Source: a virus | Lineage: Duplodnaviria > Caudoviricetes | IMG/VR virus record: IMGVR_UViG_3300027759_000044 | Length of the DNA: 64,000 nucleotides | Reading direction: 5' to 3' (one strand) | Shown here: positions 45,613 to 55,417 of the stretch, piece after piece | Position numbering within the stretch: position 1 is the first letter of the stretch | Layout of the letters: every line of letters starts with the position of its first letter | Position numbers and translations under genes: made by a program | Notes under the pieces: generated by a model | What the model was told of the DNA's origin: nothing | Seen by the model: only the letters and a program-made list of their open reading frames with translations | The model's database searches: none

Positions 45613-45964
45613 GAACAAGCATTATCTAGCAGTGTGGGACTGTAACGGTCTTGAAAGTCTACATGATGTTGACTATCATATGGAAAAGTATAATGAATGG
45701 GAGAAGCAAAAAGTTCTTTCTATTCTTAAAGAAGAACGCATTCCTGAGCAGCCAAAAGGTATTCCGTTACAAATGTTGATCCTTCGTGCTAAATTTAATA
45801 GTCAACGTGCTTATGAAATTTATGAATTCAATAGTACAATGGGATACAAAGAACTTACGAAAGTATTTAATGATGACCCCCAACCAGTTGTAAAATGGAT
45901 TAGAGAGAACGGCAAGAAAGTCTATAGTGACTATGTTAAGCAGGATAGGAAGATGATTGTATGA
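45602..45964 (+). CDS. hypothetical protein
   Basis: 120-aa ORF in the early operon. Confidence 0.65.
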   Translation: MMTKNKHYLAVWDCNGLESLHDVDYHMEKYNEWEKQKVLSILKEERIPEQPKGIPLQMLILRAKFNSQRAYEIYEFNSTMGYKELTKVFNDDPQPVVKWIRENGKKVYSDYVKQDRKMIV

Positions 45965-46392
45965 TGTATATTGGTACAAGTCTAGGTGGTTGCTTACTTA
46001 GTCTTATGAATAACGAAGTGTCCGAGGATCAGGTTATGTTCATTGTAACACGTACATTTTGTCCTGATTATGATGCCTTCATTCAAGTAGTACAACAATA
46101 TCACGCAGAGGGTAATCCTAATGCCCGTAATCCTGCACAATATGGTTTAGGTGATTATGATTTGAACGAAGTAAAAAATCTAGCTACTAGATTATATTTC
46201 TCAGGTAGAATACACCAACCTAGGGTATTTGATAATGCAGGAAGAACAGCTGGACATTATTATCCTTATAATCATCCAGCAAAGTTAGGTCACGGATTAT
46301 GGATGCAAGTTGTTCCCACTAATGATAACTCTACTCCAGTAGTGATTGAAGCTTGGGAAAAATACAAGATGTTGGACAATTTAACAAAATGA
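45961..46392 (+). CDS. hypothetical protein
   Basis: 143-aa ORF with ATGA coupling. Confidence 0.65.
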   Translation: MMYIGTSLGGCLLSLMNNEVSEDQVMFIVTRTFCPDYDAFIQVVQQYHAEGNPNARNPAQYGLGDYDLNEVKNLATRLYFSGRIHQPRVFDNAGRTAGHYYPYNHPAKLGHGLWMQVVPTNDNSTPVVIEAWEKYKMLDNLTK

Positions 46393-46640
46393 TTGAATAT
46401 CAGTTAGATCCTATTACATGGTTTAGTGAAAGAGAGTTGACACATACTCCTAAACATTTTGTAGTAACCTCACATCCATGTACAGAAGAATCTAAACAAT
46501 GGGTTTTAGATAAATTAACTGGTAGATTTAGTATTACATATCCTACAATCAGTAGCAATATATATGAATTAATAAACCCTAGTTGTATTGCCTTTGAAGA
46601 TCCTCAAGAAGCAGTCTTTTATGAACTTAAATGGTCATAA
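46389..46640 (+). CDS. hypothetical protein
   Basis: ATG 46389 overlaps the previous stop; FEDPQEAVFYELKW ending. Confidence 0.6.
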   Translation: MIEYQLDPITWFSERELTHTPKHFVVTSHPCTEESKQWVLDKLTGRFSITYPTISSNIYELINPSCIAFEDPQEAVFYELKWS

Positions 46641-46714
46641 ATGGGCATATGGAAATTTTGTAGAGAACAAATTTCTTATTAAATAAGTTTAGCATATTAC
46701 AAGGAGAACATAAT

Positions 46715-47422
46715 ATGAGTTTTACAAGACATGTAGGAAAACACGGTGATAGAAAAGTAGCTGTAGTATTCCGAGAAGTACCGGGCGAGCCTCATATGTG
46801 CTTAGTAACATATACGGAAACAATTAATAAGAATATACATGATTCACTTATTAGCTGTATTGAAAGTGATATTGGTCAAAATAGCGAGAATTTAGCTGAT
46901 GCGTTGAATCGGAGCTATACTCAAGATGGTAGACCGATACTACAAGTTTTACATTCGGAAAGTCAACTAAAGAAAGTCAATACAGAAGTAATTGTAATGA
47001 CACCTGCACCAAACACTAGAATTAAATTAAATGACCTTAATAAAATTTTAGATGAAATGAAATTGGGTGAAGATGCAGTTAAGCGTATGGCTGAATTAGA
47101 CCAGAGTCGCGGATTACAAGATCCAGCTGATGTAGCACGTAGAATGCGTGGACAACAAGGTAAACAACCACCAGTAGTTGCACCATCAGGTGATGCATTA
47201 GGTGACGCCTCATTAGCTAAACAACGTATTGAACAAGCACAGAAAATGGAACGTGAAGCAAAAGGCTTATTAGCTGAAGCACAACGTTTAACTACAGAAG
47301 CACAAACACTAGATCCTTCACTAGCTCCTAAACCAGCTAGGGCTAAAAAGGCAGCAGTTGTGGCTGAAGTAGCGACACCAGCAAAGAAAAAAACTACAAA
47401 AAAAATAACTAATGTCGCCTGA
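46715..47422 (+). CDS. hypothetical protein with Lys/Ala-rich tail
   Basis: TTAAATA at 46679-46685, AAGGAG SD. Confidence 0.7.
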   Translation: MSFTRHVGKHGDRKVAVVFREVPGEPHMCLVTYTETINKNIHDSLISCIESDIGQNSENLADALNRSYTQDGRPILQVLHSESQLKKVNTEVIVMTPAPNTRIKLNDLNKILDEMKLGEDAVKRMAELDQSRGLQDPADVARRMRGQQGKQPPVVAPSGDALGDASLAKQRIEQAQKMEREAKGLLAEAQRLTTEAQTLDPSLAPKPARAKKAAVVAEVATPAKKKTTKKITNVA

Positions 47423-47708
47423 TTTTATCGATAAATGGGAACACATCCTTGAAGATGTTGAGAAGAACAAAATACCAGTAGAGTTTATTAAAAAATTAAT
47501 TATTAAACTAACTGGAAAGAAGCAACAAACGATTAACATTCAAAAGTTACTTCAACAGGGTTTGGATCCAGATCAAGTAGAGGATGCTGTTAGTCGTAAA
47601 TTAAATGAGTTGGAAGATTCTATTGTTAGTGTAGAATTTGTTCTTAATGTACAAAGTATCGCAGATACAGTACAACCAGAAACTGATAGACTATTAGGTA
47701 AACTTTAA
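47412..47708 (+). CDS. hypothetical protein
   Basis: 98-aa ORF overlapping the previous gene. Confidence 0.65.
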   Translation: MSPDFIDKWEHILEDVEKNKIPVEFIKKLIIKLTGKKQQTINIQKLLQQGLDPDQVEDAVSRKLNELEDSIVSVEFVLNVQSIADTVQPETDRLLGKL

Positions 47709-47717
47709 CTCAATCAA

Positions 47718-47741
47718 AAAGCCCTGATTAGTCGGGGTTTT
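47718..47741. terminator. intrinsic terminator
   Basis: AAAGCCCTGA/TCGGGGTTTT stem. Confidence 0.55.
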
Positions 47742-47760
47742 CCTTATTATATAATAAATT

Positions 47761-48660
47761 ATGAAACAATACTTAGAACTATTACAAGATATACTAGATA
47801 ACGGAGAAATTAAAGATGACAGAACTGGTGTGGGTACCTATAGTGTTTTTGGACGTCATATTCGCTTTGATTTGCGTAGGGGCTTTCCCGCAGTCACAAC
47901 TAAAAAACTTGCTTGGAAATCTTGCGTTGGTGAACTACTATGGTTTATTGAAGGCAGTAGTGATGAGCGTAGATTGGCAGAGATTACCCATGGTGACAGT
48001 GAAGGAAAAATTACTATCTGGACGCCAAATGCGCTTGCTCCGTATTGGAAACACAAAGCGAAGTTTGAAGGTGATCTCGGACGTGTATATGGGGTACAAT
48101 GGCGCCATTGGAACAAATATCGCACCGAAAAAGACATGGGTAAGGCACACAAAGGTGGTACACGCCTCGCAGTTGACAAGATTGAAGTCGACCAATTGGC
48201 AAATCTCATTAAAGGATTAACTGAAGATCCTAATGGGCGCAGGCACATACTCAGTGCTTGGAACGTGAGCGAGTTAGACGAAATGGCATTGCCCCCTTGT
48301 CACGTTATGAGTCAATTTTATGTCAACAAAAATAAAGAACTTTCTTGCCATATGTATCAGAGATCCGTGGATGTTTTTTTAGGCCTCCCCTTTAATATTG
48401 CTAGTTATGCACTACTTACACATCTACTGGCACATCACTGTGGTTTAAAAGTAGGTGAACTTGTTATCAGTACAGGTGATACACATATCTACAAAGACCA
48501 TATTGAGCAAGTTAAAGAACAATTAACACGTGAACCGTATCCATTGCCTACATTGATGTTAAATGCTTCAAAGACAAACATTTTTGAGATGACAATGGAA
48601 GATATACATTTGGAGAACTATCAAAGTCATGGCCCTATCAAAGCAACAATGGCAGTCTGA
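47761..48660 (+). CDS. thyA: thymidylate synthase
   Basis: DRTGVGT, ELLWFI, GRVYGVQWR, ALPPCH, YQRSVD.FLGLPFNIASY (Asn, dUMP-specific). Confidence 0.95.
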   Translation: MKQYLELLQDILDNGEIKDDRTGVGTYSVFGRHIRFDLRRGFPAVTTKKLAWKSCVGELLWFIEGSSDERRLAEITHGDSEGKITIWTPNALAPYWKHKAKFEGDLGRVYGVQWRHWNKYRTEKDMGKAHKGGTRLAVDKIEVDQLANLIKGLTEDPNGRRHILSAWNVSELDEMALPPCHVMSQFYVNKNKELSCHMYQRSVDVFLGLPFNIASYALLTHLLAHHCGLKVGELVISTGDTHIYKDHIEQVKEQLTREPYPLPTLMLNASKTNIFEMTMEDIHLENYQSHGPIKATMAV

Positions 48661-48958
48661 TACTGAACTTAGACCTAAGTATCAGGTACAAGTATCTGAT
48701 ACAGGGAAAGAGATAGTGTCTATCACTCATGTAGTTCACTATATTAAAATGGGTGACGTTGAGGATCCTGATTTGTTTGTGGCACAACCTATATATGAGT
48801 GGCAACAAACGGAAGCTGGTAAATGGATAATGGAAAACTCTAATCCTACACCCAGTTGGCATCGCAACAATGACCTATACAATTATGGTTATGTATATCA
48901 GATTAGAGCATATCTAACACATAAACAATTAACATTTTGGAAATTAAAATATGAGTAA
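48629..48958 (+). CDS. hypothetical protein
   Basis: 109-aa ORF, GDVEDPDLFVAQP...WQ.TE.GKWIME motif; start uncertain. Confidence 0.6.
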   Translation: MALSKQQWQSDTELRPKYQVQVSDTGKEIVSITHVVHYIKMGDVEDPDLFVAQPIYEWQQTEAGKWIMENSNPTPSWHRNNDLYNYGYVYQIRAYLTHKQLTFWKLKYE

Positions 48959-49922
48959 TATACTAGTTACAGGCGGATTAGGACTTATCGGACACAATGT
49001 TGTTCAACGATTACAACGTATGGGGCACCATGTTGCTATAACCGATATACGAACTAACTACGGCATTATCCCACAAGATGAGATAGACTATCTAATGACA
49101 GAAAGGTTAAAGAAAATTCAACCCGGTAGTATCCATGCTATTGATATTTCTAGTGAAAGTATTGATTGGTTATTTGGTCGATACAAGTTTGATACTGTGA
49201 TTCACATGGCTAGCTTTCCAAGACAAAAAGTTGTTAATGCTAACCCAACTATGGGAGCAAAAACAATGATGGAAGGTCTATTGAATTTATGTGAAGTTAG
49301 TAAGAAGCATGGAATAAAGAAATTTGTTTATATCAGTAGTTCAATGGTATATGGTGACTTTACTGATGATGTAACAGAAGATTATAACTGTAAACCACAA
49401 GGACAGTATGGTATTATGAAACTAGCAGGAGAACGATTAGTAGAAGATTATAGCCGACGTGGTTGCTTTAGTCACACAATTATTCGTCCAAGTGCTGTAT
49501 ACGGTGAATTAGATGTTGAGGATCGTGTTATTGCTAAGTTTATGCTTACTGCAATGCGTGGTGGAACACTAAATGTGAATGGTGCAAACGAAACATTAGA
49601 CTTCACCTATGTTGAAGATGCCGCAGATGGAATTGTTGCGGCAGCATTGAGTGATAACACAGAGAACAAGACATATAATATTACTAAGAGCCACAGTCGT
49701 ACATTGTTAGAAGCCGCACAACTAGCATTGAAATTAGCAGGTGGCGGAACATTAGTAGTTAAAGATAAAGATGTTGATTTTCCGAGTCGTGGTGCATTGA
49801 ACATTGATGCCGCTCGTAGAGACTTTGGTTATGATCCTAAAGTAGATGTAGAAGAAGGATTTGAAAAATATTATGAGTGGCTTAGTAATTCCACATTTTG
49901 GTCTAAAAAGACAGTACAGTAA
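48951..49922 (+). CDS. NAD-dependent sugar epimerase/dehydratase
   Basis: TGGLGLIG, ISSSMVYG, YGIMK, DFTYVED. Confidence 0.88.
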   Translation: MSNILVTGGLGLIGHNVVQRLQRMGHHVAITDIRTNYGIIPQDEIDYLMTERLKKIQPGSIHAIDISSESIDWLFGRYKFDTVIHMASFPRQKVVNANPTMGAKTMMEGLLNLCEVSKKHGIKKFVYISSSMVYGDFTDDVTEDYNCKPQGQYGIMKLAGERLVEDYSRRGCFSHTIIRPSAVYGELDVEDRVIAKFMLTAMRGGTLNVNGANETLDFTYVEDAADGIVAAALSDNTENKTYNITKSHSRTLLEAAQLALKLAGGGTLVVKDKDVDFPSRGALNIDAARRDFGYDPKVDVEEGFEKYYEWLSNSTFWSKKTVQ

Positions 49923-50940
49923 TCTAAGAGATGAATTACTAGATGCCACAGACCGTGCCCTCAAAGATGGTAAGTTAGTTGGTGGACATTATACACGGTC
50001 ATTTGAAGAATGGCTTAAACACCGCACTAAAACAAAATATGCTATAACTGTACATTCAGGTACACAAGCATTAGAGATTATTGCTCGTTGGAAAAAGATT
50101 AAACATAGTGAGACTATGGAGGGCAATCCAAAGATTCGTATACCCAATTTAACTTACCCTGCTACATTAAATGCCTTTCTAATAGCTGGATGGGATATTG
50201 AATTAGCTGATACTGACAAGAACGGTGTTATTAACATTGAGTTTGGTAGAGGTGGTATATACGATTGTGTGATGGGATTTGCAGGTCGTAAGCCATGGCC
50301 AGATGCTGGCTATTCAAATGCGTATGGAGTAATAGTTGACGGAGCACAACACTGGTTAGCATGTGAGGGTGATGTGGGTAGCGGTATGTCTATTAGTTTT
50401 GATCCTACAAAGAACCTACCTAGTTCAGGCAACGGTGGTGCTATTGTAACCAATGATGAAAAGTTATATCTATATGCCTCAAGTTACAGAGATAACAACA
50501 AACCCTATTTTCATGATGCTGGATCTAATAGTAAAATGAGTGAACAGGATTGTGCTCAAATTCTTGTTAGAGTAAATTATATAGATGAATGGCAAAAACG
50601 TAGAAGTGATATCGCAAAATATTGGTGTGATAAATTTAAAGATTTACCTATAAATTGTTTGTCAGATACCAAAGATCCTCATGCTCATCAAAAGTTTGTG
50701 ATGTACTTAGCCGATCGGAATAGTTTACATACACGTTTACTTAGTGATGGAATTGATACTAAAATTCATTATGAATATGTTTTGGGTGATTTACCAATTG
50801 GTAAGGATTTATCTAAACCCGACTTATTAAGTAATAGTGTATTGTTGTCTAGGGGTGTATTAAGTTTGCCTATGTATCCTGAGTTGACTGATACAGAAGT
50901 ACAATATATTACTGATAAGGTTATTAATTTTCATAAATAG
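49873..50940 (+). CDS. DegT/DnrJ/EryC1/StrS sugar aminotransferase
   Basis: VHSGTQAL, VDGAQH, SFDPTKNLP (PLP Lys), GNGGAIVT, SLPMYP; likely start ATG 49873. Confidence 0.85.
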   Translation: MSGLVIPHFGLKRQYSNLRDELLDATDRALKDGKLVGGHYTRSFEEWLKHRTKTKYAITVHSGTQALEIIARWKKIKHSETMEGNPKIRIPNLTYPATLNAFLIAGWDIELADTDKNGVINIEFGRGGIYDCVMGFAGRKPWPDAGYSNAYGVIVDGAQHWLACEGDVGSGMSISFDPTKNLPSSGNGGAIVTNDEKLYLYASSYRDNNKPYFHDAGSNSKMSEQDCAQILVRVNYIDEWQKRRSDIAKYWCDKFKDLPINCLSDTKDPHAHQKFVMYLADRNSLHTRLLSDGIDTKIHYEYVLGDLPIGKDLSKPDLLSNSVLLSRGVLSLPMYPELTDTEVQYITDKVINFHK

Positions 50941-50943
50941 CAT

Positions 50944-51933
50944 ATGAAAATATTTCCAATTAAAGTTGAGCGATCCAAACCACTAGCGTATAAATTAATA
51001 GAATGGAAATTACATAATGTGTGTAATCATAACTGTAGTTTTTGCGGCTCCGTACATAAAGATGGCAGTGTTAGGTGGCTTACTTTAGAAAAATACAAAT
51101 TATACGTAGATAAACTTGCCAAGATGTGTGAGGGTCATCCTTTTTGGATTCAATTAACAGGCGGTGAACCTACTCTTTATCCAGACCTACTAGAGTTAAT
51201 AACCTATATTAAGTCTAAGGGAGCAATGATAAGTATGATTTCAAATGGTACAAGAACATTGCGTTGGTGGAAAGAATTACAAGAATCTAATACTATGGAT
51301 TATTTGTTTTTAACGTACCATTCGGAACAAACTAATGATTGGCAACATATAAGTGATGTTGCTAATCTATTCCATGAAAAACCCACAGAAGTAATTATAT
51401 TAATAACTCATACAATTGATTCTTTTGATCAGGCAGTTTTGGGAATGAACAATCTATTAGATAATACCGGAGCTATTATTAATTTAAAAGCAATGTTCAT
51501 AGATGCTTATGATATTTATGACAAATATACCAAAGAACAGCTTAATTCATTAAAAAGTGTTAATTGGGAATTGGGAGCAAAAAGAGATACTAAAACAAAA
51601 TTCCCATATGAAGATAAATTTAAATTAAATCATAAATTAAAAGTAACCTATAATCGACCTAATACGGTGATTGAAGTTGAATCACAAACTCTTATGAAAA
51701 ATAAAAAAAATAATTTTAGAGGATGGGATTGCTTTATAGGAAAAGACACCATTAGGATTGATAGTGAAACCGTATATCGTGGTGTGTGTGGGGAGGGGGA
51801 AGTTAGAAGCCTATCAGACCCAAATTTGTCATTCACATCCGATTCAATAGTATGCGGGATTAAAGAATGTTATTGCGGATCAGACATGATAGCAACTAAA
51901 ATACTTCCTGAGAGTAAGTATCCCCTGGCATAA
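50944..51933 (+). CDS. radical SAM protein with C-terminal Cys cluster
   Basis: CNHNCSFC, LTGGEP, ISNG; C-terminal WDCFIG...CG...CGIKECYC. Confidence 0.85.
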   Translation: MKIFPIKVERSKPLAYKLIEWKLHNVCNHNCSFCGSVHKDGSVRWLTLEKYKLYVDKLAKMCEGHPFWIQLTGGEPTLYPDLLELITYIKSKGAMISMISNGTRTLRWWKELQESNTMDYLFLTYHSEQTNDWQHISDVANLFHEKPTEVIILITHTIDSFDQAVLGMNNLLDNTGAIINLKAMFIDAYDIYDKYTKEQLNSLKSVNWELGAKRDTKTKFPYEDKFKLNHKLKVTYNRPNTVIEVESQTLMKNKKNNFRGWDCFIGKDTIRIDSETVYRGVCGEGEVRSLSDPNLSFTSDSIVCGIKECYCGSDMIATKILPESKYPLA

Positions 51934-51944
51934 ATAAGGATACT

Positions 51945-52403
51945 ATGTGGATACTATCATTACTACCCGACGCCGCAATACATATAATCTTTGGATTAGG
52001 TATTTTGGGCACTATCGCAGGATTCGTCCTAGGATTCATTCCTTTTGTCAAAACATATCAATTTGCTATACAAATATGTAGCATTATTGTACTTGTATTT
52101 GGCGTCTATCTTGAGGGAGGCTTAGCCGACTACAAAGAGTGGGAACTCAAAGTCAAAGAAATGGAAGCTAAAGTAGCACAAGCTGAGGCACAATCCGCTA
52201 ATACAAATATTGAGATTCAGGAAAAAATCGTAGAAAAGACTAAAGTTATCCGTGAAAAAGGTAAGGACATTATAAAGTACATTGATAAAGAAGTTATCAA
52301 AAAAGAGGAAGTTATCAAGTATATTGAAAATTGCCCCGTTCCCAAAGAAATCATAGATTTACATAATCAAGCTACTGAATTAAATAAGGCGGCTACAAAA
52401 TGA
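51945..52403 (+). CDS. i-spanin (Rz)-like inner-membrane protein
   Basis: N-terminal TM segments, coiled coil, C-terminal CPVP; overlaps a lipoprotein gene. Confidence 0.55.
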   Translation: MWILSLLPDAAIHIIFGLGILGTIAGFVLGFIPFVKTYQFAIQICSIIVLVFGVYLEGGLADYKEWELKVKEMEAKVAQAEAQSANTNIEIQEKIVEKTKVIREKGKDIIKYIDKEVIKKEEVIKYIENCPVPKEIIDLHNQATELNKAATK

Positions 52404-52660
52404 AATATCTATTAATACTTCTATTATTAGCCGGATGTTCAACAGTAGTTCCTGTTAAACAAAAGTTTCCCAATGCCACTCCCGAATTAATGAAAAAATG
52501 CGAAAGTCTTAAAAAGATTGAGGGTGATAAGGTAGCAATTACAGAAATGCTTAAAGTCATTATATATAACTATTCACTTTACCACGAATGTTCTACTAAG
52601 GTAGAAGGCTGGCAAGATTGGTATAACGAACAGAAAAAGATATTTGACAACGTAAAATAA
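52400..52660 (+). CDS. o-spanin (Rz1)-like lipoprotein
   Basis: Lipobox LLAGC, Pro-containing N-terminus, additional Cys residues. Confidence 0.55.
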   Translation: MKYLLILLLLAGCSTVVPVKQKFPNATPELMKKCESLKKIEGDKVAITEMLKVIIYNYSLYHECSTKVEGWQDWYNEQKKIFDNVK

Positions 52661-52669
52661 TAGCATATT

Positions 52670-52927
52670 ATGAAGTATTTGATATTATGTATGTTACTAA
52701 CCGGCTGTGCCACCAATAAAGACTTTGAGTTATACCTAGAAGCACAGAAATCCATAAGTAGAGATGCCACTATGAGTGAAGCGGCCCGTATAAGCGTATT
52801 GATTGATATGACCAAGAGTTCTGACAATCAAGTGAAAATGGAAGCAATACGTGCTTTACAAGAGATACAACGTAGTAAAACCCCTATAGTTATTGAAGCC
52901 CCAAAGAAGAATTGGTTCGGCTTTTGA
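52670..52927 (+). CDS. small lipoprotein
   Basis: Lipobox LLTGC. Confidence 0.6.
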   Translation: MKYLILCMLLTGCATNKDFELYLEAQKSISRDATMSEAARISVLIDMTKSSDNQVKMEAIRALQEIQRSKTPIVIEAPKKNWFGF

Positions 52928-52955
52928 TAAATACACTAGAGGTCTAGGATTTTAC

Positions 52956-53840
52956 ATGTCACAAGAATTTATTAATACAAGCGGCTCATCAAACAATGCT
53001 AATGTAGATCCATTAAGTACGGCTTTTGTTAACGTAGCTAATAATGTATTTTCTTTACCAACAAGTGACTCAAACGTCCCTTCAATAGTTGAAGTAATCA
53101 ATCCTACAAGCCAAGCTACTAATACTAGTAATACTAATAATCTAAACATTGGTAATGTGTATATTACTAATAGATTTGATAGTAGAGCAAATAATCCTGT
53201 ACTCATTAGACAAAAGCAAAGAGTTACACCACCGGTAACACTTACTGCAATAGAAACAATTGATTCTACTCCGGCACTTTCTATTAATTCAGTTATATAT
53301 GGTAACCAAGAATACATTAACATTGGCGAAACACCAAATGATGGTAATGGAGACCCGTTAAGAACTGCATTTGGTAAAATTAATAACAATTTTTCAAACT
53401 TATTTTTTACTACTACAACTACCAGTACAGCATATACGTCCGGAAATGAACAGAATCAAGTTATACTTGAAATTCCTATAACACGTTTTTATCAAGGTGA
53501 ATTTCAAATTCGTTCAAGTGATTCAGGAACACCTGACATGCAAGATATTACATTGTCTGCTAGTATTACTAATAATCTAGCTGGTGTAAGATTTAGTGGA
53601 CATTCAACACTATTTGAAGGTAATGCTATTTGTAGATATGATATGGATGTATCAGCCGGGAATGTTAGGATTTTAATAAATCCGTTATTAGATATAGGAA
53701 TTGAACATTTTATATCAGCATTTGTAACTTATCCTGATCAGGTAGTGGTATCAGGAATTGAGATTGCATTAGACGGTTATGCTAACGGTTATCTAATGGG
53801 AACCGAAGATGGATTAATATTAACAACGGAATCAGCATGA
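52956..53840 (+). CDS. baseplate wedge/tail-fibre connector-like structural protein
   Basis: INIGETPNDGNGDPLRTAFGKINNNF motif (T4 gp9/gp10 N-terminal type); ATAAATA at 52927-52933, AGGA SD before ATG 52956. Confidence 0.6.
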   Translation: MSQEFINTSGSSNNANVDPLSTAFVNVANNVFSLPTSDSNVPSIVEVINPTSQATNTSNTNNLNIGNVYITNRFDSRANNPVLIRQKQRVTPPVTLTAIETIDSTPALSINSVIYGNQEYINIGETPNDGNGDPLRTAFGKINNNFSNLFFTTTTTSTAYTSGNEQNQVILEIPITRFYQGEFQIRSSDSGTPDMQDITLSASITNNLAGVRFSGHSTLFEGNAICRYDMDVSAGNVRILINPLLDIGIEHFISAFVTYPDQVVVSGIEIALDGYANGYLMGTEDGLILTTESA

Positions 53841-54214
53841 GAGCAAAAGAATTTATAACTGAACAAAACAATCTACCTGATAGAATTACTAAGCCACTTC
53901 CTGCAACATGGATAATACCGGAATTACAAAATCAAAATGCATATTTACAATATAGATTTTCTGTAGCACTAGCTGGCGCCAAAGCTGCCCGTAATGGTGA
54001 CATACCTAAAATGGATAAAGACTCTGTTTGGGGAGAAAATCAACTAGTGTCCGGATATATGAATCCAGATGTAGCAGACGATATTGATTTTGCTTTAGGT
54101 GAAATGGGCCTTAAGGGTAGTAAAGTTTTAGTTACATCTGATCATAGTGAAGAAACACCAGATACCGGGATAGGTAGTCCACTAAAGGCTTTCAAAGGAT
54201 ATAAAAGAAAATGA
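53837..54214 (+). CDS. candidate internal head protein
   Basis: N-terminal MRAKEFITE; C-terminal KAFKGYKRK shared with the next gene. Confidence 0.55.
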   Translation: MRAKEFITEQNNLPDRITKPLPATWIIPELQNQNAYLQYRFSVALAGAKAARNGDIPKMDKDSVWGENQLVSGYMNPDVADDIDFALGEMGLKGSKVLVTSDHSEETPDTGIGSPLKAFKGYKRK

Positions 54215-54585
54215 GAGCAAATGAATTTGTATCCGAATCTAAAATCGGTAAAATAGGAAATAGAAAACAAATGTCAACTATAGGTTTACACAAGTTTCGT
54301 GATGAAAACTGTGCCGACCGTACATATGAATTGAATAGAATCATGATGGCAGCAGCCGCTACTGATGGTACTTTTGTACCAGACATTGACGGCGAGAGCT
54401 GGGCCGGAAGATACAATATTGCTGTACCTTACACACAAGAAGAAAGTGATATGTTAATGATGGCCTACAAGGCAGCAGGTTCTGAATTTCACGACTTAAA
54501 TAAAGGTGACTTAAAAAGTAAAGAGTTAGATAGTACCAATATTCAAAGCATAGTTAAACCTTTTAAAGGATACAAAAGAAAATAA
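54211..54585 (+). CDS. candidate internal head protein (paralogue)
   Basis: N-terminal MRANEFVSE; C-terminal KPFKGYKRK. Confidence 0.55.
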   Translation: MRANEFVSESKIGKIGNRKQMSTIGLHKFRDENCADRTYELNRIMMAAAATDGTFVPDIDGESWAGRYNIAVPYTQEESDMLMMAYKAAGSEFHDLNKGDLKSKELDSTNIQSIVKPFKGYKRK

Positions 54586-54637
54586 TTTGAGCTACATCAA
54601 TCAGAATAAGTAATTATATCAAATTACAGGATTATAA

Positions 54638-55354
54638 ATGATTGATATTAATAACACACTTGACCTAGTCAAACTTAAATTTTACAACGAATGGCTATAT
54701 ACTGCTCATATATATGAAGAGGGTGAGAGTCAGATGCATGAAGTACTGACTGAAACAGTTGTTGAAAAATATATTGACCCCCTTAACATACAAAAAGACG
54801 CAAAAATACTTGATTTAGGATGTGGTCCGGGCTATTTCATGGATTCAATGAAAAAACGTGGATATACTGATCTTACGGGAGTTACACTAAGTCTCGGTGA
54901 TGTTAAACTATGTGAAGATAAAGGTCATGTTATTAAAAAATACGATTTTAGTTTTCTACCACAAAAAGACGGCTATTATGATGAATCAATTGATTTTATC
55001 TTTTTACGCCAAACACTAGAACATAGTCCATACCCAATATTTACATTAATGGAATACAATCGTGTTCTTAAACAAGGTGGTAAAATTTATATTGAGGTTC
55101 CTGCCCCAAATAATCCAAGACTACATGAAAATAATTTAAATCATTATAGTATTTTGGGAGAACATCAATTAGCTGCATTAGTAGAGCGTACAGGATTTAA
55201 AATCAATCTGTTTGAAAATTTTGAATTTGATCTTAATGTACCGGTACAAGATAATGTAAAGATTAATAATGATGATCCTAGCACATTTACAACAATGAAA
55301 GAAAAATTCTATTGTCTTATTGCTACCAAAGCTAGACCATTAGATATCAAGTAA
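54638..55354 (+). CDS. class I SAM-dependent methyltransferase
   Basis: ILDLGCGPG, LEHSPYP, EYNRVLKQGG. Confidence 0.85.
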   Translation: MIDINNTLDLVKLKFYNEWLYTAHIYEEGESQMHEVLTETVVEKYIDPLNIQKDAKILDLGCGPGYFMDSMKKRGYTDLTGVTLSLGDVKLCEDKGHVIKKYDFSFLPQKDGYYDESIDFIFLRQTLEHSPYPIFTLMEYNRVLKQGGKIYIEVPAPNNPRLHENNLNHYSILGEHQLAALVERTGFKINLFENFEFDLNVPVQDNVKINNDDPSTFTTMKEKFYCLIATKARPLDIK

Positions 55355-55357
55355 ATT

Positions 55358-55381
55358 AAAGCACTCTTAGGAGTGCTTTTT
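55358..55381. terminator. intrinsic terminator
   Basis: AAAGCACTC-TTAG-GAGTGCTTTTT. Confidence 0.75.
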
Positions 55382-55403
55382 AATAGCATCTCTAAATTGC
55401 TTA

Positions 55404-55411
55404 TATAAATA
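55404..55411 (+). promoter_or_regulatory. T4-type late promoter
   Basis: TATAAATA 6 nt before the terminase ATG. Confidence 0.7.
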
Positions 55412-55417
55412 CTTGTT

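Noticed and set aside
47761-48660. ThyA as a dCMP hydroxymethylase feeding carbamoyl-hmC DNA modification with the carbamoyltransferase
   Set aside because: The PFNIASY Asn indicates dUMP specificity (canonical ThyA). DNA modification by the island is not excluded, but this gene does not support it
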